This document shows positions 49,342-60,195 of a stretch of 64,000 nt of DNA, in pieces. The stretch covers positions 1 through 64,000 of the forward strand of contig VJWM01000187.1 of the NCBI GenBank assembly GCA_010909165.1, given 5' to 3'. The notes under the pieces were generated by a model. That model was not told the origin of the DNA and searched no databases. It saw nothing but the letters and a program-made list of their open reading frames with translations. Positions within the stretch are counted from its first letter, which is position 1; each line of letters opens with the position of its first letter. Position numbers and translations under genes: made by a program. Source of the DNA: Anthoceros angustus (Eukaryota > Plantae > Anthocerotophyta).

Positions 49342-52300
49342 ATGAATGCTGCAGGTTCCAAGAACAAGACCGTTCCACTGGACGGTAGGATAGGCCGAAC
49401 CAATGGTCCAAGGGTCCAAAATGGAAATCAACCAAAACGGCACAACAGATCGGCGTCGACAGATGTTACGGAGGTGGTGGTGGTAGCCATCGATGCAACC
49501 AAAGAAATCACCAAGCATGCCCTGGAATGGGCCCTATCAAACGTTGTGCAGCCTGGAGACTACATCACTCTGCTTGCTATTCTTCCAGCGACTGCTTCAG
49601 GTATGACGTCAATTTGGTTCAGCAAGAAGCATCTCCGTTTACATGCTTCGTGGCTATTAGTTTTCGTAGTCATCCGTCAGCCCTTCCGCGTTGTGACGGT
49701 CCTGTTCAGGAAAAGCTTCGTATCCGAAGAACGAAGAATTCTCTGATTGTTGAGTGTGGTCCTAGTGTTCCGTGCAGGTAGTCTATCCTGAACATTGATT
49801 TTGTGTCAATGCAGGAATTGCTGCCTGGTGCAGAAGGTTGTATGGGGCCGTGTGGGGGTTAGCTGGTAATTGCCTGGCTCACTCCCGTCAGGTTTTAGTT
49901 TTGCTCCGCTGTTCGTTGGGCTGTTCTCTGCCGACTGTCATGCGTTTAGCAGGAGCTCGGTTTCTCGTTACCTTTGTACAGGATTCAAGCAGATACCTGG
50001 CTTGCAAACGCCTGGCTCTAAACATTCCGGCAGGGCAGTCAATGTCAGTGTGTCTGTGTGGATCAGTGAATTTGCTAATTCATCTCTGACAGTTCATGTC
50101 TTAGTGCTACCCTGTCCAGCTTGAGCTGAACTACCTAGAAATCCCTATTCCCTATGCTTGTGGCATGCGCTGCATTGGGAGCCTCTACATCTTCTATTCA
50201 GGACTAGGGACATACGCAAGCCTGGTACCAAACCAGCTCTTGTCTTTTCTCCATCTCCACAATCTGGACGTTGGATCCACTGGGAGATGAGAGACAGCAA
50301 CAGGAGGCATTCTTCATCACCAACGAACACCCACCTTGTACAGGATTCAAGCAGATACCTGGCTTGCAAACGACGGTCAGCGTGAACCACCTAAAAACTC
50401 CCATGTCACCGTCCATACCAACAGCAATCCTCCAACAGGATCAGAATAGGGTTGACGGTTGACGTAGAAACAAAAAACTGACTCGGAGATATCAAAGCGG
50501 AAAGTAGATGTTGCAAGAGCGAGAGCCAGGGCAAGAGGCTGAGCAGGAGCCAGTGCCAGTGTGTGTGTGAAGTGGGCCAGTAAAGGCAGGCTGCCAGCCG
50601 CCCTCCAGTAAGACGCCTCTGACTCAATGTCCGAGGCCAGGGACCCTTCAGTTTTCCCAGTTTAGTTGTCGGCCACAAAATCCGCTCCATGTCTTTTCTC
50701 CTCGTCCCTGTTGCCTTGCCTTGCCTTGCCTTGCCTTCTTCCTTTGGGGACGAGAAGAAGAGAAGCAGGTCGCTTGCTGGCACCTCAGTTGAGGTTGCGT
50801 GGAACTCTCGAAGGCGCAGTTTGGCATTTCCAACATGGAGTGTTCGGCAAGGAGATTTTGTTCGCCGTCGGAAAGAATAAGCTCTTCAAGTCAGAGGTGC
50901 CAAGGCAGCTGATCGGACATCTGGAATACCAGGCAACGCTCTGGATGACTCTGCCGGAATCTCGCCTGCCACTGCTCCTCGTCATTCTGGATGAGGCCAC
51001 TACTTCGACTCCTAGCCCGATCTCAAGGCACGCCAGTCTCCCAGTCATGAATGCTGCAGGTTCCAAGAACAAGACCGTTCCACTGGACGGTAGGATAGGC
51101 CGAACCAATGGTCCAAGGGTCCAAAATGGAAATCAACCAAAACGGCACAACAGATCGGCGTCGACAGATGTTACGGAGGTGGTGGTGGTAGCCATCGATG
51201 CAACCAAAGAAATCACCAAGCATGCCCTGGAATGGGCCCTATCAAACGTTGTGCAGCCTGGAGACTACATCACTCTGCTTGCTATTCTTCCAGCGACTGC
51301 TTCAGGTATGACGTCAATTTGGTTCAGCAAGAAGCATCTCCGTTTACATGCTTCGTGGCTATTAGTTTTCGTAGTCATCATCAGCCTTCCGCGTTGTGAC
51401 GGTCCTGTTCAGGAAAAGCTTCGTATCCGAAGAACGAAGAATTCTCTGATTGTTGAGTGTGGTCCTAGTGTTCCGTGCAGGTAGTCTATCCTGAACATTG
51501 ATTTTGTGTCAATGCAGGAATTGCTGCCTGGTGCAGAAGGTTGTATGGGGCCGTGTGGGGGTTAGCTGGTAATTGCCTGGCTCACTCCCGTCAGGTTTTT
51601 AGTTTTTGCTCCGCTGTTCGTTGGGCTGTTCTCTGCCGACTGTCATGCGTTTAGCAGGAGCTCGGTTTCTCGTTACCTTTGTACAGGATTCAAGCAGATA
51701 CCTGGCTTGCAAACGCCTGGCTCTAAACATTCCGGCAGGGCAGTCAATGTCAGTGTGTCTGTGTGTGGATCAGTGAATTTGCTAATTCATCTCTGACAGT
51801 TCATGTCTTAGTGCTACCCTGTCCAGCTTGAGCTGAACTACCTAGAAATCCCTATTCCCTATGCGTTGAAGTGCGGCTTGTTTTTGCTCGGCACCAAGCA
51901 CCAACACCTAGGTCATTGAGCTTGTAAGCTGTGCCTAGGTGGTAATATAGTTTGCAATCGTCTGCAGTCTAACTTACTGACTGTGTCTAAACAGGGCGAA
52001 AGTTGTGGGCCTTTCCGAAGTTAGGGGGACTGTGCAACTGGACCAAGAAGACAAGGAGCCCAACTGGAAGACGATATCCATGACTCATGCACTTTCATGA
52101 TGCAGCAGTTGCACAAGCTTTGTGATAGCAAAAGGTGAGTTTGGTCAAAATCGAGTGGTGGTGACACCATTGCTGCCCTTGGTGCTGCTCGTACGATTTG
52201 CAACTCGGATTTTCCGCATCTTATATTCTCTGAATGTGGTCAGGTTCACGTAAGGTAAAAGTTTTACCAGGAGCACCAAGGGGAGCCACTGCTGTAGAAT

Positions 52301-55300
52301 CCAAAAGCTGAATGCGACCTGGGTTGTTTTGGACAGGCAAGGTTTCTTTTCTGCTAACCTGACGTTATTTTAAGCTCAATTGAGATACGAACATCAGTGG
52401 CGCCCTTGAAAGTGAAGCCCAGATTGTCTCTTCCTTTTCTTTCTGAACAAGGTATCCTAGTAGGCCTGTTTTCAGAAAAATCTGCTGTTGCAATGCAGGC
52501 ATCTGAAGAAAGAGGGCAAGTCCTGTACGGACCAACTGCAGTGCAACTTGGTTGTTGTGAAGGACTGAATCCAAAAATTCTTCGCTTGAACCTGAAGCCA
52601 TCTCCACCTGTTTTGGAGGAACACCTTTTGATGACGCATCTATAGACTCGTCCTCAGTTCTTCTGGAGGGCCTGAGCTATGTCGGCGTCCCCAAAGGTAA
52701 TGTGTTTTAAACAAGTTAAATTTAGATAATTTGTTGGTGGTGGGACTGGACTTAGTCTTCAAAACTACTATTTGCTTGGGCTTAGGAAGCTGTGAAGTTT
52801 GGATAAATTGGTGACGTGGTGCCTAGACTTTGCTTAGGGTAGTGGTGTCTAGGAACTTGTGAAATTTGAGTAAAATCATTGAGCTGATGAATAGACTTTG
52901 GATACCTATCTAGGGAGTGTAATTTGAAATTATTTGTTTTGGTTACTTAAAAATAAAATATTATAATATTACCATGTAATTGTTAGTATATGGTGTTACA
53001 AACAAGGTTGAATGCCATGAGACTCTCTAATCTATGTCTTTTCTCCATCTCCACAATCTGGACGTTGGATCCACTGGGAGATGAGAGACAGCAACAGGAG
53101 GCATTCTTCATCACCAACGAACACCCACCTTGTACATGGCCCTCGCAAACCAGCCTTGCAAACGACGGTCAGCGTGAACCACCTAAAACTCCCATGTCAC
53201 CGTCCATACCAACAGCAATCCTCCAACAGGATCAGAATAGGGTTGACGGTTGACGTAGAAACAAAAAACTGACTCGGAGATATCAAAGCGGAAAGTAGAT
53301 GTTGCAAGAGCGAGAGCCAGGGCAAGAGGCTGAGCAGGAGCTCGGTTTCTCGTTACCTTTGTACAGGATTCAAGCAGATACCTGGCTTGCAAACGCCTGG
53401 CTCTAAACATTCCGGCAGGGCAGTCAATGTCAGTGTGTCTGTGTGTGGATCAGTGAATTTGCTAATTCATCTCTGACAGTTCATGTCTTAGTGCTACCCT
53501 GTCCAGCTTGAGCTGAACTACCTAGAAATCCCTATTCCCTATGCGTTGAAGTGCGGCTTTTTGCTCGGCACCAAGCACCAACACCTAGGTCATTGAGCTT
53601 GTAAGCTGTGCCTAGGTGGTAATATAGTTTGCAATCGTCTGCAGTCTAACTTACTGACTGTGTCTAAACAGGGCGAAAGTTGTGGGCCTTTCCGAAGTTA
53701 GGGGGACTGTGCAACTGGACCAAGAAGACAAGGAGCCCAACTGGAAGACGATATCCATGACTCATGCACTTTCATGATGCAGCAGTTGCACAAGCTTTGT
53801 GATAGCAAAAGGTGAGTTTGGTCAAAATCGAGTGGTGGTGACACCATTGCTGCCCTTGGTGCTGCTCGTACGATTTGCAACTCGGATTTTCCGCATCTTA
53901 TATTCTCTGAATGTGGTCAGGTTCACGTAAGGTAAAAGTTTTACCAGGAGCACCAAGGGGAGCCACTGCTGTAGAATCCAAAAGCTGAATGCGACCTGGG
54001 TTGTTTTGGACAGGCAAGGTTTCTTTTCTGCTAACCTGACGTTATTTTAAGCTCAATTGAGATACGAACATCAGTGGCGCCCTTGAAAGTGAAGCCCAGA
54101 TTGTCTCTTCCTTTTCTTTCTGAACAAGGTATCCTAGTAGGCCTGTTTTCAGAAAAATCTGCTGTTGCAATGCAGGCATCTGAAGAAAGAGGGCAAGTCC
54201 TGTACGGACCAACTGCAGTGCAACTTGGTTGTTGTGAAGGACTGAATCCAAAAATTCTTCGCTTGAACCTGAAGCCATCTCCACCTGTTTTGGAGGAACA
54301 CCTTTGATGACGCATCTATAGACTCGTCCTCAGTTCTTCTGGAGGGCCTGAGCTATGTCGGCGTCCCCAAAGGTAATGTGTTTTAAACAAGTTAAATTTA
54401 GATAATTTGTTGGTGGTGGGACTGGACTTAGTCTTCAAAACTACTATTTGCTTGGGCTTAGGAAGCTGTGAAGTTTGGATAAATTGGTGACGTGGTGCCT
54501 AGACTTTGCTTAGGGTAGTGGTGTCTAGGAACTTGTGAAATTTGAGTAAAATCATTGAGCTGATGAATAGACTTTGGATACCTATCTAGGGAGTGTAATT
54601 TGAAATTATTGTTTTGGTTACTTAAAAATAAAATATTATAATATTACCATGTAATTGTTAGTATATGGTGTTACAAACAAGGTTGAATGCCATGAGACTC
54701 TCTAATCTATGTCTTGTAAGGCCGTTTTGCATAAACATGGAACTTTTATCCCGAATCCTATACCTAATTCAAAGTTCCATCTAATCTAAATTGTCGCATT
54801 TCATTAAAGTCACACCCTAGCTATGATGGGTTTAGCCCGGTGTGTGGCCTTTTGCCATGTGTGGTTTTGTCGAAGATATTTGACATCGATGGATGTGTGC
54901 CCAAAGTGCCAGGCTAAAGTGTGCTAGGTTTTAGGTAGGCAGCATGGAGGGATTTGACTAGATGTTAGGTTGGAGCATGGGATGCAGTGGTCCATATAGT
55001 TTGAGCAATTTATTTGCTTCTTTTCTAGATTTCGTGGTTTGTTTGACACCGCTTTGGACATTCAAGCATGAGACAAGATTAAGGGGTTTGTGATATTTGC
55101 AACTTGAATGTTCAGATATTGACATTCGTCTCATTTGCTGCTTTTAAGTTCTCCGCTCTCCTACTTGAATATATAGTACCGGAGTTCATATTATTGCTTT
55201 GGGTTCTCCCGGGCCTCTAACTGGGGCTTCTTATGGAGGATCTTCACCCTATTGAATGATTCTTTTGGTCTCACTTAGATTGAGAAATCATGGAGGAGCA

Positions 55301-58300
55301 CATAAAGTGAGGCTGAGAATATCAAGCACTAGTGGCTGCCTCCTTTGAAGGTGAATTTTGGATGCTCCAGGTGGTGATGGTACAATAATTAGTTAGAGCT
55401 ATGCCAATGAAGAGCCACATCTTTTTTTTTTGTACATTAATTTTGAAGAAATGGTCATAAGTGGGCTGTTCTCTGCCGACTGTCATGCGTTTAGCAGGAG
55501 CTCGGTTTCTCGTTACCTTTGTACAGGATTCAAGCAGATACCTGGCTTGCAAACGCCTGGCTCTAAACATTCCGGCAGGGCAGTCAATGTCAGTGTGTCT
55601 GTGTGTGGATCAGTGAATTTGCTAATTCATCTCTGACAGTTCATGTCTTAGTGCTACCCTGTCCAGCTTGAGCTGAACTACCTAGAAATCCCTATTCCCT
55701 ATGCGTTGAAGTGCGGCTTGTTTTTGCTCTAAGCACCAACACCTAGGTACAGCTTCAGGTCATTGAGCTTGTAAGCTGTGCCTAGGTGGTAATATAGTTT
55801 GCAATCGTCTGCAGTCTAACTTACTGACTGTGTCTAAACAGGGCGAAAGTTGTGGGCCTTTCCGAAGTTAGGGGGGGACTGTGCAACTGGACCAAGAAGA
55901 CAAGGAGCCCAACTGGAAGACGATATCCATGACTCATGCACTTTCATGATGCAGCAGTTGCACAAGCTTTGTGATAGCAAAAAGGTGAGTTTGGTCAAAA
56001 TCGAGTGGTGGTGACACCATTGCTGCCCTTGGTGCTGCTCGTACGATTTGCAACTCGGATTTTCCGCATCTTATATTCTCTGAATGTGGTCAGGTTCACG
56101 TAAGAGTAAAAGTTTTACCAGGAGCACCAAGGGGAGCCACTGCTGTAGAATCCAAAAAGCTGAATGCGACCTGGGTTGTTTTGGACAGGCAAGGTTTCTT
56201 TTCTGCTAACCTGACGTTATTTTAAGCTCAATTGAGATACGAACATCAGTGGCGCCCCTTGAAAGTGAAGCCCAGATTGTCTCTTCCTTTTCTTTCTGAA
56301 CAAGGTATCCTAGTAGGCCTGTTTTCAGAAAAATCTGCTGTTGCAATGCAGGCATCTGAAGAAAGAGGGCAAGTCCTGTACGGACCAACTGCAGTGCAAC
56401 TTGGTTGTTGTGAAGCGACTGAATCCAAAAATTCTTCGCTTGAACCTGAAGCCATCTCCACCTGTTTTTGGAGGAACACCTTTTGATGACGCATCTATAG
56501 ACTCGTCCTCAGTTCTTCTGGAGGGCCTGAGCTATGTCGGCGTCCCCAAAGGATTTGAGTATCCAGCTGGACGGACAGGCATGCCTTACCCACCAAGGAT
56601 AGGGTTTTCCACTTCTGAGAGGGACACTCCTATCACCAGTCCAGAGCTAGGGACTCCGTTCACTGCCACAGAATTAGGAACCTCTTCAAACTCGAGCTCT
56701 GAGCCAAGTACTTCTCCTTATCCTGATCGTGCTCTTATCAATCCAGAGCGTGAAACATCAGGGGCAAGACTAGCGACCCTTCTCTCCGGGGCCACAACCC
56801 CTGACACCTCAGAGCGACCTAGAGCCTATCCTGTATCTGAGTCGGATAATGATGATGTCCCTTGCAGCCAAGGCACAGACAGGGAAAAACCTGGAAACGC
56901 GTCGTTGGAACCAATAACCCATCAACCTTGGGGTGATGGGAAGTCAAGGCCGAAAGCCATGGGTACCAGCAAAAGTAAGCTTTTGTTTTCTAGGCAATTC
57001 CTAGTTCTCAGGCAACCCGTGTTTGTTTGATTTCTGGCTGCAACTGATAAACTTTGTGCATCCTCCGAACAGATTCCAGAGAGAGCCCTTCGATGGACGA
57101 GAAGGTGCAAAGAGATGTCGGTAGAAAGCCTTCCCCTACCATGGCTAGTAAGAGGATATCGACAGATGGCCGGTACTCTTCGAGCTTCAGGGAGGGTGTG
57201 TCATCCCAGACATTGCGGTCCATCATGACCCCAGGAGGTGACAGTCCAAACTCAAAGAAGCCCATGGCAAATGACAGGCAAATGCTGTCTGACCTGTTCA
57301 ACTCACTGAAGGGAGCAGCAGACGAGAGGGAAAGGGCAGCAGGGCAAACTGCAAAACCAACTACTAGGAAGGAAGTTACAAAGCCTAGACCCCAACAACT
57401 GGCTTTGGGGGATGTTATGAAGCCGAAACAAGGAGACCTGGAGCGAACTTCAAGTGTGAGGAAAGCAATGTCACTCTCCAGACACGCGCCACCTGGACCA
57501 CCACCGTTGTGTTCTATTTGCCAACACAAGGCCCCTGTGTTTGGCAAGCCTCCAAAAAGATACTCATATGCAGAACTGGAGCTGGCCACAGGTGGCTTCT
57601 CTCATGCCAACTTTTTGGCCGAAGGTGGCTTCGGGTCTGTGCACAGAGGTGTTCTCCCCGATGGCCAAGCTGTTGCTGTCAAGCAGCACAAACTCGCCAG
57701 CTCTCAGGGTGACATGGAGTTCTGCTCAGAGGTGGAGGTTTTGAGCTGTGCCCAGCACCGAAATGTGGTGATGCTCATCGGATACTGTGTGGAGGACCGG
57801 AGGAGATTGCTAGTCTACGAATTTGTTTGCAATGGGTCACTAGATTCGCACCTTTATGGTAAGTTATGAAATCCGAAAGTGCTGCATTGTACAGTTTTGA
57901 GAAGAAGAGGGGCAGGAGGTAATGGACTTGGCTTCATTTTACAGGGAAAAATGGAGCTACCTTGGAATGGGCATCACGGCAGAAGATAGCTGTGGGTGCT
58001 GCGAGGGGCCTTAGATATCTGCATGAGGAGTGCCGTGTTGGCTGCATTGTCCATCGAGATATGCGACCTAACAATATTCTATTGACACATGACTTCGAAC
58101 CCATGGTATGGCACCCACTCCTTGCGGTTGCTCAAGTTTCTTGAAGGTACATAAGAGGTGTCTCACAAGCTTTTGTGACAGGTTGGAGACTTCGGGCTTG
58201 CAAGATGGCAACCCAATGGAGATTGTGGTGTCGAGACTAGGGTTATAGGAACTTTCGGGTACGCACTTAACTTTCAGCCTGGCGTAGTGGATGATTTTCC

Positions 58301-59218
58301 TGTCTTGGCTTCTTCATCTCCAGATTCTTCGTGACACCTGAGCAACCTTGTGCTTGATCAGAGAGCTGATAAATTTGTGGGTTGCCAGGTATCTAGCACC
58401 AGAGTATGCTCAGAGCGGACAGATCACTGAGAAGGCAGATGTTTACTCTTTCGGAGTTGTTCTTCTGGAGCTTGTTAGTGGTCGCAAAGCCGTTGATATC
58501 AACAGACCCAAGGGCCAACAGTGCCTTACAGAATGGGTTAGTTCCAGCGTTTGTCATGGCAGCCAGACGTGGTAACTTACTGGCTGTGGCAAAGGCTGAT
58601 GACTGTCTGATTGATGTGAAAAACAGGCCCGACCCCTGCTAGAAGAAAAGGCTAGCCATGACCTTGTCGATCCTCGCTTGGAGAGCAGGTTTACCGACTA
58701 TGAGGTGTACTGCATGCTGCACGCCGCGTCGCTGTGCATCCGGCGAGACCCTCACACGCGACCCCGAATGTCTCAGGTAGTCCTCATGTGCTGCCGGCAT
58801 GCTCTGCTCACAAGCTCCACATTCCCTCTTATTCGTTGTCCTCACGGACTCGTTGTGTTCTACCCAGGTACTCCGCATTCTGGAAGGCGACATGATGCTA
58901 GACACGAGCGGATCCCCCACGCTGGCCAGAGCCTACGATCCCTTCGCCAGTAGTGGAAGGTTCTACAACGACGCCAAGCATGCCACGGATATGTACTTGG
59001 CCTACAGCGGCAAGCTCTCCAACCACTCCAACGACTCCTCCATCAGCTTGAGTGGGCCCATGAGCCCACCCCATTCCGTGGGCTTCAGCGGCAAGCTCAA
59101 CACCATGGACCCTCTCACCACCCCCAGCGGGAAGCTCTCATACGAGGCTCTGAAGGCCGCTTACAGAGACAAGGGCAGCATGAGTGCGCGCTTGTCCATC
59201 GAGGCAATGCGCCAATAA
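49342..59218 (+). CDS. Receptor-like cytoplasmic kinase with N-terminal USP/adenine-nucleotide alpha-hydrolase-like domain (At3g13690/At1g55200-like family); intron 1 inflated by patchwork insertion 3
   Basis: Exon 1 [33 protein letters not shown] (ends 49600); intact exons resume at 55842 ([15 protein letters not shown]). Then [60 protein letters not shown]|YLAPEY. Confidence 0.93.
50158..55704 (+). repeat. Patchwork insertion 3: shuffled copies of 45670-47550, 49050-50157 and 55705-56550
   Basis: Junction microhomologies TGC (50155), TTGTACA (50336), CTTGCAAACG (50363), GAGAAGAAG (50752), CCCCAAA(A)GG (52689 and 54365), TGTCTT (53035), AGCAGGAGC (53333) and TGGGCTGTT (55462). Confidence 0.92.
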
Positions 59219-59246
59219 CACCCCCACCATCGCCACCCCCACCATG

Positions 59247-59284
59247 CCCATCCCCATCCCATCCCCATCCCATCCCCATCCCCA
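59247..59284. repeat. (CCCCAT/CCCAT)n microsatellite in kinase 3' UTR
   Basis: CCCATCCCCATCCCATCCCCATCCCATCCCCATCCCC. Confidence 0.85.
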
Positions 59285-60070
59285 GTTGGCTCCGCGTATT
59301 GTATCATGATTTGTCGCTTTCTTTTGTACTTTACACATCCGTGGTGATGAGTTTTGGGTTAACCGTAGTTAGCCGCTGGTTTAGATACTCTCAAGAACGA
59401 AAGGCTTTATAGATGCAGTCTGTTGCAAGCAAGGAAAAGCATTGCTTTTCTTCCGCGAGGAAGCATCGGCATTCCGGGCAGTTGGCGGAGCTTGTTATTA
59501 GCTCGCCTGATCCTCCCGCCGTGCTCCATGTAGTGCTCTTTGTTTCCAGCGCAACGAGAGTTCCTCCTCCCTGGCCTGCGGCATCCTCGCCCAGGGCCCA
59601 GGGCTGCCACACTTAATTGATCTCCAGTTTCCTCGAAAGTGCCTCATGCTTTGCGTTCCAGGCACAGCGTGGATGGAGTGACGATTGCCGTGGAGTGGCA
59701 TCGGAATGCTGTCTTGATAACAAACACCAGGCGGACGGGTGGAAGAAGAATGTGGGCATGAGCTTGGCAAAGCACAATCTTGTCGCTCGCGGAGAGAGAC
59801 TGTTGAAGTCGTGAATATTGTGTTGTAGTGTGCTGCCTGAAATTTGTGGTCCGCAAAAATCAGTGGGAAATTCATGTGCTTTCCCATCGCCATCGCCATC
59901 GGCAGCGACAGCGACAGCAGAAGCGGCGTCGAGCTCGGGAGCGTGCGGATCGTGTGTGCAGGAGTGGCATCATGGTAGAGCTTTGGATCCAAGGCTTGGG
60001 CCTGTTTGCAAGCATGGCAAGCAGGGAAAACGGCGACCAGTCCCAGGCCCCGGCATGGCACCGGGCCACC

Positions 60071-60107
60071 GGGATGGGGATGGGGATGGGGATGGGGTTG
60101 GGGTTGG
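60071..60107 (+). repeat. (GGGGAT/GGGGTT)n G-tract, potential G-quadruplex at the LRRC9 5' end
   Basis: GGGATGGGGATGGGGATGGGGATGGGGTTGGGGTTGG. Confidence 0.75.
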
Positions 60108-60195
60108 ATTGCGCACTCCATGGAGTGCTGCTTCCAGCGAATTGCTAAGCAGCTTCGCGGAAGGTGGTGACAAGGGGGTCCGACCCATTGGCAAC

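Noticed and set aside
50666-51484. 272-aa ORF appearing to extend the kinase N-terminus
   Set aside because: Created by a patchwork junction at 50752-50760 plus copy-specific deletions; the original at 49040-49341 has stops in that frame.
58050-58085. HRDMRPNN instead of HRDxKxxN in the kinase catalytic loop
   Set aside because: A normal feature of this plant kinase subfamily, not novel.
60093-60107. GGGGTT telomere-like repeats
   Set aside because: Only two units within a GGGGAT microsatellite; not the plant TTTAGGG motif.
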